Assembly (NCBI GenBank): GCA_029786595.1
Contig: JAFLXO010000003.1
Span: 4,990 to 68,989 of the forward strand
Length of the DNA: 64,000 nt
Direction of reading: 5' to 3'
Source of the DNA: Nitrososphaerota archaeon
Lineage (GTDB): Archaea; Thermoproteota; Nitrososphaeria; Conexivisphaerales; UBA164
Part shown: one piece after another, positions 35,200 to 42,783 of the stretch
Layout of the letters: each line of letters starts with the position of its first letter
Position numbering within the stretch: position 1 is the first letter of the stretch
Made by a program: the position numbers and the translations under genes
The notes under the pieces: model-generated
The model's database searches: none
What the model saw: the letters and a program-made list of their open reading frames with translations, nothing else
Told to the model about the DNA's origin: nothing

Positions 35200-35666
35200 G
35201 AGGACTGCCCGGCCTTCGGTTTGGGAGGCAACATGCGAACATAGCGCCACAACTGCAAGAAGAACCCGATGCCCATCACGACGGTGAGAGGAGGAATCGT
35301 ATAGACGTAGACTACCGTTGGTATGGGAAGGTAATGATGAACGGTTATGAACCCTGGTGTGAACTCGTAGTTGTAGACCCAGTTGAGCCCATTCACGAAT
35401 GTCGCGAGGGTGACTATCACAGACCACCAGACTTGACTCTGAACCCCACGGGCGTATCTCCTCCCCTTGTATGGCCAAAGTTCGCCCTTTCGCTCCGGCC
35501 AGATTACCATTACTGTGAGCAAGATGGCCAGGGGTAGAAAGAAGAGGGCGATAATGCGGAGAGGTGTGCTGGGAAAGGTCACGCTGAAGGCCAAGTCCAT
35601 GAATACAAGGAATATGGCGGCGGGGACAATCCTGTTTGCGACCGACCTGTCCAACGCTACCTGCAC
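35196..35666 (-). CDS. membrane protein (about 4 hydrophobic segments) inside the insertion
   Basis: 156-aa track ORF convergent with 34819..35199. Its hydrophobic segments look protein-like. Confidence 0.4.
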   Translation of the reverse strand: MQVALDRSVANRIVPAAIFLVFMDLAFSVTFPSTPLRIIALFFLPLAILLTVMVIWPERKGELWPYKGRRYARGVQSQVWWSVIVTLATFVNGLNWVYNYEFTPGFITVHHYLPIPTVVYVYTIPPLTVVMGIGFFLQLWRYVRMLPPKPKAGQSS

Positions 35667-35763
35667 CCTCCTGTGTCAAATGATTTAGCCATTCGGCATC
35701 GTCCGGATGTTGCGGGTCTGGTGCTGACCCTCCCCGGCCCAAGCCAACGCAACAGAACCCCCA

Positions 35764-35955
35764 TACGAACCCGGCAAGCCTGTCTGGGATTTCTATCCTG
35801 AGACGTCCATTATCCGTTAGTGACACCTTACCGTTTGAACAGAGTATGGCCCAGACCCCATCCCGTATTTTTCCGTTTTCAGTGTAAAACGCGGCGGTTT
35901 CTACCCTGCTGCCAAATACGATCGAGTTATGGGATACATACACGGTTGCTGTCAT
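35764..35955 (-). pseudogene. N-terminal fragment of the disrupted subtype G family gene
   Basis: MTATVYVSHNSIVFGSRVETAAFYTENGKIRDGVWAILCSNGKVSLTDNGRLRIEIPDRL aligns with the N-terminus of 41402..42196 (..LVLAILCSNGKISSPTPENIRIEIPDRF). The 405-aa track ORF continues as read-through into the insertion. Confidence 0.6.
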
Positions 35956-35981
35956 GGCAAATCACCCCTGTGCACTTAAGG

Positions 35982-36740
35982 TTATTTGGTGTTTGAACTA
36001 AGCGCTTCTGCTACCTTTATCGATACCCCGTTCTTCATGGCTGTTAACACTGTCCCGATAATGTTTTTGTTGATATTTTGTATCATCGTTGGCTTAGAAC
36101 TAAGGTACTGGGTGACGAATACCAGCCCATCTGCGATAAGAATCTGACCGTCATGGAGCAAATACCCACCCAACAACATTGATAGCGTGTTTATGGGGTT
36201 TCGTATGAGATCCGGGACCATTATTCTTGGTATCGACACGTCAGTCAGCAACACTTGTGCTTTTTTGTTGATCATTAAAACCCGCCAGAGCTTGGCGTTT
36301 GGGGCCCTTGACAAAAAGGTCTCAACCGTCTTGTTGGTAAGGGTGATTTCTACGGCGTCTTCTAACTTCATCACACAATAGATTATCTCATCAGCGTCCT
36401 TTGGCGTCATTTTGATTAATGAAGCGTCGTCGGCTTTTAAATCGGAGTCGCTGAGACCTATATGGAGGTCCGCAGGGTTGACATGTGTTATATCAGCCAT
36501 CATCATATACCTGAGCAGGGTGTCAGAGACGTATATCTCGCCTGATATGCTGGCCTGGTGCCCGTTTACTGAAAATACCTTCTCGATAAATGCTCGCGGG
36601 ATCGTTGAAAACTCAAACTCATTTTTGGGTATAAAATACGGAGATGCCACGCCGCTTTTTGAAATGTCGATCCTGGTTGTTTTCTGGGATGCGTCCTCTG
36701 GGAATGCTGTTAGTATTTTTACAATCGCCAAGGAGGTCAC
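35982..36740 (-). CDS. AL-tail family member (distinct body)
   Basis: 252 aa. Tail is VLTAMKNGVSIKVAEALSSNTK. Confidence 0.6.
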   Translation of the reverse strand: MTSLAIVKILTAFPEDASQKTTRIDISKSGVASPYFIPKNEFEFSTIPRAFIEKVFSVNGHQASISGEIYVSDTLLRYMMMADITHVNPADLHIGLSDSDLKADDASLIKMTPKDADEIIYCVMKLEDAVEITLTNKTVETFLSRAPNAKLWRVLMINKKAQVLLTDVSIPRIMVPDLIRNPINTLSMLLGGYLLHDGQILIADGLVFVTQYLSSKPTMIQNINKNIIGTVLTAMKNGVSIKVAEALSSNTK

Positions 36741-37168
36741 CTCTTCCTTCTGACTTTTTCATGCTCAGCAGCATACTTGTTAGACTCTAGGGTTATCTTT
36801 GTCAGACGCCTGCAGAACATACCGAGCTCTGCTTTATGACGTTTATCTATAGGACGTCCTTTGGTCTTAGCATACGCAATCATCAAGACTTCATCTTCAG
36901 CCCGCTCAACCAAAATCATGGACGTGTTTAGGTATTTGGTTAAAAAGACGCGTTCCTCCTGAGGAAGGCGCATGTCACTGGTAACAGTCTTGATGAGATT
37001 TGTTATCTCATCGTAAACCGGGGCTATATTGATTATATCATTGGTGCGTATCCGTTCTACGCTAGATCCGACAAGTCTTGATACGAGACTGGCGTAATAC
37101 TGGATTACACTATTGATATGGGCGGTCGTAGACGGCATGACAACTTCAGAACCTACTATATGATCCAT
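36737..37168 (-). CDS. hypothetical protein
   Basis: 143-aa ORF with a 4-nt overlap with 35982..36740. Confidence 0.55.
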   Translation of the reverse strand: MDHIVGSEVVMPSTTAHINSVIQYYASLVSRLVGSSVERIRTNDIINIAPVYDEITNLIKTVTSDMRLPQEERVFLTKYLNTSMILVERAEDEVLMIAYAKTKGRPIDKRHKAELGMFCRRLTKITLESNKYAAEHEKVRRKR

Positions 37169-37274
37169 ATGATGAAGAGGCGCACGGTATTTAAAAACGT
37201 TTCTGTCCTGGTAATATCAGCTGCCCGCGAAGGCACGACCGGCGCCCTTTAAGACTAGATGACGTTGTCTAAGT

Positions 37275-37934
37275 TTAAGGACTGAGCGCTTCGAGGGCGT
37301 CGATTGGAACTCCAGTCAGGATTGAAGACACCACAGTTTTAGGTATCTTTCCGATTTTACTGTATAATGTTTTGTAGCCATCATTGTATTCTGTTATCCA
37401 TTCTGTATTATCTGGTAACGACATTGAAAGACCCGAAATGACCCCGTTCAAGTTCTCTACTAGATTGAAGATGAGTCTCCTGGTTATCTTGACGTTCATT
37501 AACCGCAAACTAACCTCGTGGTTTTTAAGAATGATTACGCCAACATCATTTTGTGTGAATATGACTGAGCAAGTTATCCCGTCATTTGAGATTTCCACTG
37601 GAGTTTCTGTCGATAAAGTCCATATATCGCGCATTTTTATGATGTTATCTAGGTTCACTGAAAATGGGTTGCCGGCTAAAAGGCAGTCCCTTACAACATT
37701 CCAAGTTGAGGTCATCAGAGGGGTTGTTTCTAATAGATAAACGCATATCTTGGCTGTTTCTTTTGATACATGCGCCTCAAAAATGAGGGCATCGCGTCTT
37801 CGCCAGCGATTTTTAAGCGCCATGACGATTATTGGGCCGGCGACGTCATTAAACTTTGTTATATAACAGCTTAGAGGTAGTTTGTCCAGTCCGGTAAACG
37901 TAAACCAGTTCAACGAGGAAGCGACATACTGCAC
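37275..37934 (-). CDS. AL-tail family member (distinct body)
   Basis: 219 aa. Tail is VVSSILTGVPIDALEALSP. Confidence 0.6.
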   Translation of the reverse strand: MQYVASSLNWFTFTGLDKLPLSCYITKFNDVAGPIIVMALKNRWRRRDALIFEAHVSKETAKICVYLLETTPLMTSTWNVVRDCLLAGNPFSVNLDNIIKMRDIWTLSTETPVEISNDGITCSVIFTQNDVGVIILKNHEVSLRLMNVKITRRLIFNLVENLNGVISGLSMSLPDNTEWITEYNDGYKTLYSKIGKIPKTVVSSILTGVPIDALEALSP

Positions 37935-37951
37935 TGTTACGCCAATTTTAT

Positions 37952-38320
37952 TTACACCAGATCGCCGTTGAAACGCTCAGCCAGGACATCCTTTAATGGC
38001 CTCCATTTTTCAACGCCATCAATGTCGTCAGCGACCTTGACTTCATATTGGTATCTGAGCGAAAGCCCAGTATCCCCCTGGGTTATCATCAGGGCGACAC
38101 GCATAGGCTTATGAGTTTCACTGAGTGGCTCTACGATGTTTTTGATGATCCCTTCTATTGTTTCAGGGTGCAAGTTGCTAAAGGTCCCAGTATGGGTCAC
38201 CAGGCCGTACTCTTCTAACGCAGCCATTTCAGTGAGCAACTGGTTATATACCGCAGGGTGCGTGTTTTTGAGAGTGTCAAGAGACAGGTTACAGTTAATC
38301 TTGTCATTGTCCATATGCAA
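37952..38320 (-). CDS. hypothetical protein
   Basis: 122-aa ORF. Confidence 0.55.
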   Translation of the reverse strand: MHMDNDKINCNLSLDTLKNTHPAVYNQLLTEMAALEEYGLVTHTGTFSNLHPETIEGIIKNIVEPLSETHKPMRVALMITQGDTGLSLRYQYEVKVADDIDGVEKWRPLKDVLAERFNGDLV

Positions 38321-38333
38321 CTTCCTCCATATT

Positions 38334-38699
38334 CTAATATAGCGCTATCGCGGTTTGGATTGATATGCCGTTAAGGATGGCCATTATAACGGATTTTAAC
38401 AATTTGGCTGATTTTACTTCCTTGGCCCCGTCAATGTCGATGATATCAGAGTTGCCGTCTCCGTTCAAAAGCCAAATGACGCCGAGCACATGCTCTAGCT
38501 TTCCATTGACTCTAAAGGCGTCACACGAACAAACAAAATCACTCCTTACGGTGATGGTGTTGAACCCAGTCCTTATTTTGGTTGTCCAGAAATCCTGGTC
38601 CGGGCGTTTTTTAGAGACTATGGTGGTTTTGTTGAATTCAAACCGGCGTTTCTCATATCCATGCTTCACATTTAACACCCAAACTGGGCGGGGACGCAA
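38334..38699 (-). CDS. AL-tail family member (short subtype E)
   Basis: 121 aa, paralogous to 42286..42648 (FNKTTIVS..WTTKIRT..ITVRSDFVCSCDAF). Tail is VIMAILNGISIQTAIALY. The start is uncertain because it overlaps the small ORF 38672..38833. Confidence 0.6.
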   Translation of the reverse strand: MRPRPVWVLNVKHGYEKRRFEFNKTTIVSKKRPDQDFWTTKIRTGFNTITVRSDFVCSCDAFRVNGKLEHVLGVIWLLNGDGNSDIIDIDGAKEVKSAKLLKSVIMAILNGISIQTAIALY

Positions 38700-38833
38700 G
38701 TTGACGAATACGTCGTGCTGGCCCCTGCTGTGGCTGCAGACGTGTATGTGAACCCGCCATATTTCATCACGGCCACGGCCAGCACTATCATGACGGTCAC
38801 GATAACGATTGAGATCAGCGTGGTTTTTTGCAT
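38672..38833 (-). CDS. possible small membrane-anchored protein (53 aa)
   Basis: Hand-translated: MQKTTLISIVIVTVMIVLAVAVMKYGGFTYTSAATAGASTTYSSTCVPAQFGC. Its ATG directly abuts the TAA stop of 38834..39328. Confidence 0.35.
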   Translation of the reverse strand: MQKTTLISIVIVTVMIVLAVAVMKYGGFTYTSAATAGASTTYSSTCVPAQFGC

Positions 38834-39328
38834 TTATATCACGCTCCTGCTCAGCCAGATTAACACCACACCTATCATTATGAACAGCCCGTTCCCGAGG
38901 AAGCTGTTATACTTCCAGTGGGCTATGGCTATTCTTTTCTTGAAACTATAGACACCTGCCATCGTGAAGGAGTCTAGCAGCAAATGACCGGCCGCTATAA
39001 TGACACCGAGCTCGACGGCCCAGATGATTGCTGGTTGCGACCCGTTAAGGAGCACCCCGAGGAGGCCCCACCCCATGACTGCACCCCATATAGGTGCGGT
39101 GAATATTGAATGGGTAAGCCGCGTCCTTGCTGGCACGTTCCTGTACCCCTGGGGTGTGTCAACGACCTTCCTTCTATGACCGAGCACGTCGATCACAAAG
39201 TTTACTATAATGGCCAGCCCCAGACCGATTAAAGTAGCTATCGACAGGCCTATGGGACTTGGTAGAAACCTGGCCACAACGAACGCGACCAGGCCAATAC
39301 TAAAAATATAGTGCGTTATAAGCTTCAT
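38834..39328 (-). CDS. DUF457/YdjM-like membrane-bound metal-dependent hydrolase
   Basis: 164 aa and polytopic, with a conserved His pattern (ITHYIF, DVLGHR, THSIFT, AGHLLLDSFTMAGV). Confidence 0.55.
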   Translation of the reverse strand: MKLITHYIFSIGLVAFVVARFLPSPIGLSIATLIGLGLAIIVNFVIDVLGHRRKVVDTPQGYRNVPARTRLTHSIFTAPIWGAVMGWGLLGVLLNGSQPAIIWAVELGVIIAAGHLLLDSFTMAGVYSFKKRIAIAHWKYNSFLGNGLFIMIGVVLIWLSRSVI

Positions 39329-39462
39329 AACAAACGCCCCCTAATGTTGGTGTATGGTTTATCACGCGCTCTTGGAGCATAGAACCATAGTGTTGCCCAG
39401 GCGCCAGCGTTGCCGTCTGGCCTATTGCGATACCGCCTGTCCAGCCATAAGGCCGGCCTGGG

Positions 39463-39765
39463 CTACGGCGTAAACTGCACTGTAGTAGTGACTCCGATTT
39501 TTTTGTCATTACGCCAGACGCTGTCTACCTCATGGTTACGACCTGGAGCCAAAACCGCCTCTTTCGCGGTTGCTTCGTCTTCATACCCAGAGAGCCACAT
39601 CTCCCCGTCGTTGTTTAGATCGAGAATGACGTAATTTAAGTTCTCAGGGAAGATTCCCAACTCAATTTCGCGGATATCTTCTACGTAACATGTTTCTTTG
39701 ACGTATTTAACAAGGTTCGGCCAGTATTTCTCTAGTTTTCCGTAGATTCTACCATCATCTATCAT
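39463..39765 (-). CDS. hypothetical protein, small paralog set 3
   Basis: 100 aa. YGKLEKYWPNLVKYVKETC..DIREIELGIFPEN..GEMWLSGYEDEATAKEAVL aligns with 16252..16560. Confidence 0.6.
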   Translation of the reverse strand: MIDDGRIYGKLEKYWPNLVKYVKETCYVEDIREIELGIFPENLNYVILDLNNDGEMWLSGYEDEATAKEAVLAPGRNHEVDSVWRNDKKIGVTTTVQFTP

Positions 39766-39983
39766 ACCAATTACCTCCTTTACAATGTTAACACGATTTA
39801 TGAGGCCTTATTTGGACTGCAGGCCCGAGCTAGCGAGACTTCATCTCGGCTCTTAACGACTTTTGGAGTCAGGACCATGATGGGTGATTAAACAGCGCAC
39901 GTGCTTTGACAAAGTAGGGGCAAATCTCTCCTGGAAACCAAAACTGTGATTTTCAGGCGTAACCGTGGTTCCGGGACGACATG

Positions 39984-40175
39984 TTAAAACCACCGGAGCA
40001 GCGCGAGATTGAACGTCTTACCGCAGGATTTGCAGAATACGCCGATTTTGGCCGGTGGCATATCTCCGTCTTCGTCGCTCAAATGGAGCCCGCCAAGCCA
40101 GATATGCTCGCATAACTGCAGCCCTAGTTTAGGAGTGTTCCGATAATCGACCTTTATTCTGTTCACAGTTCTCAC
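39984..40175 (-). CDS. small zinc-ribbon-like protein (CEH[VI]W set)
   Basis: 63 aa with CEHIWLG...FCKSCGKTF. It overlaps 40172..40606 by 4 nt. Confidence 0.45.
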   Translation of the reverse strand: MRTVNRIKVDYRNTPKLGLQLCEHIWLGGLHLSDEDGDMPPAKIGVFCKSCGKTFNLALLRWF

Positions 40176-40606
40176 CTTGTTTTACTAGGGGTTTCTTCTG
40201 TTATCACTTTATACCCGTCTATAGAGATCACGATTTTGCCCAGCTTCTTTTCGGCCAACGCTGTCAATTCTGACACTTCGACCGGATCAGGTTCGTTTGA
40301 ATTAAACCTGAACGGCTCTTCAGGCGCCAATACGATGGAGCATTGCTCTTCTAACCGGGCATACGGGGTCGAATCGTTTTCAGCAGCGTGACGTATGAGC
40401 GCCTCTTTGGTCCAGTTGGTGTATGTGACCCTGACCAAAACATATCTCTTAACAATTCTCCGAGGTCCGTCTACATGTACAGAATGCGTTACAGTTGCAG
40501 TTGGCATTATCATCATCCTCCTATTGTCAGTCTTAATGTCCCTTTCATCATGTCTATATTTTATACTACCGTGTCTGTTCAGTTCATAGCGCATATTTTT
40601 GTTCAA
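40172..40606 (-). CDS. hypothetical protein
   Basis: 144-aa ORF. Confidence 0.55.
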   Translation of the reverse strand: MNKNMRYELNRHGSIKYRHDERDIKTDNRRMMIMPTATVTHSVHVDGPRRIVKRYVLVRVTYTNWTKEALIRHAAENDSTPYARLEEQCSIVLAPEEPFRFNSNEPDPVEVSELTALAEKKLGKIVISIDGYKVITEETPSKTR

Positions 40607-40613
40607 ACAATGG

Positions 40614-41390
40614 TTACTTCAGTGCTGTCAGCGCCTCTAATGGAATGTCTTTCATGATTGCTGTTATGATGTCGGATTTGTATTGTCTCGAGAGTTTTTG
40701 GACTTTCATGACCTTTTTTACTGGGATGCCTCGCCTTATCACCGTGGTCAGGATCTGGTCAGACGGCGGCCAGACCTTGATGGTATAATCTTTGCCGTTT
40801 ATTTTAATATAACCGTCAGTGATCATAAACGGGCTGTTCAGATCAGACACGACCTTCTTTATAGGGTCATTCTTCAAATATAGCAGACTGCTAGCGGAAA
40901 AAAGGACCGTAAGATATTGAATGTGGAGGTCCAAAGTCTTTATATCGAAGAGAAACACGTTGGGATTATTGTGATAAGTGGTAGAGAACGTCACAGGACG
41001 TATCCTTAATGCCCCTGAGTTGAACGGGATTGATATGCTCCCACCACCCTTCCCATGTGCAGGCGTGATTAACGCCTCAAATTCTTTCCTGGCCTCGACA
41101 TGCTTGTCGACCATGGCGCCGAGCTCTTTCACGCTCCTGACCCCACCAATCTTCCTTTCAAGTTCTATGGAATCTGGGGAGTCCAGGATATACCGCAGCA
41201 GATTAGCGGTGTCTTCTGGGACTTCGTAGGTGTGGATGAGGTGGGGTGATAAGATGGTGCTGATCTTTGTGCCGCTCTCTCCAAGGATTATCATCGCCTG
41301 TAGATGCAGCCCCCATGGTGCTAGCTTATACGGGCCGTCGTCCCCGATCTGTATTGTGGGATGGTTGTTGAAATTTATTATCACGCGCAT
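40614..41390 (-). CDS. AL-tail paralog family member (subtype F)
   Basis: 258 aa, paralogous to 33046..33825. Tail is ITAIMKDIPLEALTALK. Confidence 0.75.
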   Translation of the reverse strand: MRVIINFNNHPTIQIGDDGPYKLAPWGLHLQAMIILGESGTKISTILSPHLIHTYEVPEDTANLLRYILDSPDSIELERKIGGVRSVKELGAMVDKHVEARKEFEALITPAHGKGGGSISIPFNSGALRIRPVTFSTTYHNNPNVFLFDIKTLDLHIQYLTVLFSASSLLYLKNDPIKKVVSDLNSPFMITDGYIKINGKDYTIKVWPPSDQILTTVIRRGIPVKKVMKVQKLSRQYKSDIITAIMKDIPLEALTALK

Positions 41391-41401
41391 TTTTCCACCA
41401 C

Positions 41402-42196
41402 CTAGTTCGTTTCTGATATCAAAGCCTTAGCCGCATTGAACGATATCTGGCGCTTTAAAGCCACAGACAAGACCTCGGATGTCATATAACGATCCGCCCA
41501 TGGGGTCGTGCCGTCTATGACAATATTGCCATCTATGGCACAGCGCGCATTTCGGAGTGCCATGCAGGTCGCGGAACTTCCAAGTTTGCTAGCCAGCTCA
41601 ATAAGACCTAAATGTGGCGGAAGTACCATCTCATAGAAGGTGGTTTCATGCCTTACTCGTATGCGCCAAAGTTCGATTTTAACAGTTCCTTCGAACTTTA
41701 TATCAAGATAACCTAAAAACGTGCGTAGACTTTTGGTCTTTGGACGCACCGAATGCCATTTATGAGGTATGAACGTAAAGACGCCACCGTCGAATGCTGT
41801 GACTACGGTCGGCTTCTCCCGTTCTAGACTGTCTATTATTGTGTCGAATGACGCTGCCTGCTTTATAATCTGGTTAAGGGCTCCAGGAATCCTTTCAGGG
41901 GTGTCAAAATTGTCATGCAATATCTGGGGCAATATATTGTCCACGACGTCAGAAGTGAACCGCCAATGGCCTACCTTGTATGTATCCAGAATGGCGTTCA
42001 CTACTTCAATAAAGCGGTCTGGGATTTCGATTCTTATATTTTCTGGGGTGGGTGATGATATTTTCCCATTAGAGCAAAGTATCGCCAAGACGAGGTTCCT
42101 TACTTTAACCCCATTATTGAGGAACGACATTTGCTCGTTCCTGTCGCCCATCGTGATCACATTGTTTGTTATAAAAACAACCGCCATGCGCCTCAC
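41402..42196 (-). CDS. AL-tail paralog family member (subtype G, intact copy)
   Basis: 264 aa. It is the intact counterpart of the split gene at 33822..35955. Tail is SVALKRQISFNAAKALISETN. Confidence 0.7.
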   Translation of the reverse strand: MRRMAVVFITNNVITMGDRNEQMSFLNNGVKVRNLVLAILCSNGKISSPTPENIRIEIPDRFIEVVNAILDTYKVGHWRFTSDVVDNILPQILHDNFDTPERIPGALNQIIKQAASFDTIIDSLEREKPTVVTAFDGGVFTFIPHKWHSVRPKTKSLRTFLGYLDIKFEGTVKIELWRIRVRHETTFYEMVLPPHLGLIELASKLGSSATCMALRNARCAIDGNIVIDGTTPWADRYMTSEVLSVALKRQISFNAAKALISETN

Positions 42197-42285
42197 CTCG
42201 TGTGTTGTTCACTGAAATCCCTCTGGTCCCTTTTGGTTCAACTGGCGATGGGATCTGGCCTTTATCTGCAGGTCTTCCTCTGCAA

Positions 42286-42648
42286 TCAGCCCAGCGCCGC
42301 TACCGCCTGGATCGGTATACCTTTTTGGATGGCCGTGAAGACCGCTTCTCTCATTTCAGTTGTCTTCGCCACCGGCTTTCCGTCAATCCACATGTCGAAC
42401 TGTTCTTTAAAAAGCTCCTCCCAGATGTTATTCAATATGTGCCGTAGCTGGTCCTCTTCACAGCCAAATAACTTATCGCAGGAGCAAAACAGAGCGCTTT
42501 GTATAACGATTTTGTTGGAGGGGGTCTTTATCACAGTTGTCCAGCCCGATACCTTCTCAAAGTTAGAGGTGACGATGGTGCTATTGAACACAAACTTACG
42601 GTGGGCGTGCTTATCTGGGGCTTCGTGGGGGTTACTCGTTGGACTCAC
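42286..42648 (-). CDS. AL-tail family member (short subtype E)
   Basis: 120 aa, paralogous to 38334..38699. Tail is VFTAIQKGIPIQAVAALG. Confidence 0.6.
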   Translation of the reverse strand: MSPTSNPHEAPDKHAHRKFVFNSTIVTSNFEKVSGWTTVIKTPSNKIVIQSALFCSCDKLFGCEEDQLRHILNNIWEELFKEQFDMWIDGKPVAKTTEMREAVFTAIQKGIPIQAVAALG

Positions 42649-42783
42649 TCCTCCTGGTTAAGTTAACTCAGCTGACAGCCGAATGAGACGGGTCCAGCGG
42701 GCCATAAAATCCTGATGACAGACTAAGGCTAGAGATGGAGCATGCTATGGGGGTCATTTAGCCGTCGTCCTATAAGATCAAGA

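Larger units (their letters stand above)
34375..35775. mobile_element. about 1.4 kb G+C-rich insertion splitting a family gene; no transposase or integrase recognised
   Basis: Homology to 41402..42196 stops near 35775 (..RIEIPDRL) and resumes near 34374 (DPVVTAKIS..). Hand counts give about 60 percent G+C just inside versus about 40 percent just outside. Boundaries are approximate. Confidence 0.5.

Noticed and set aside
34375-35775. IS element or MITE with terminal inverted repeats and a target-site duplication
   Set aside because: By eye I could not find matching terminal inverted or direct repeats beyond a weak cctgt..tgg echo. No transposase-like ORF is present. I therefore kept it as a generic insertion.
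34738-35955. 405-aa minus-strand track ORF
   Set aside because: Only its first 60 residues or so resemble a real gene (the N-terminus of the subtype G family protein). The remainder is read-through into G+C-rich inserted DNA, where stop codons are rare. It overlaps more protein-like membrane ORFs in other frames.
39300-39509. 69-aa minus-strand ORF
   Set aside because: It overlaps the ends of both neighbouring, better-supported genes. Its composition is Gly/Pro/Thr-rich and unconvincing.
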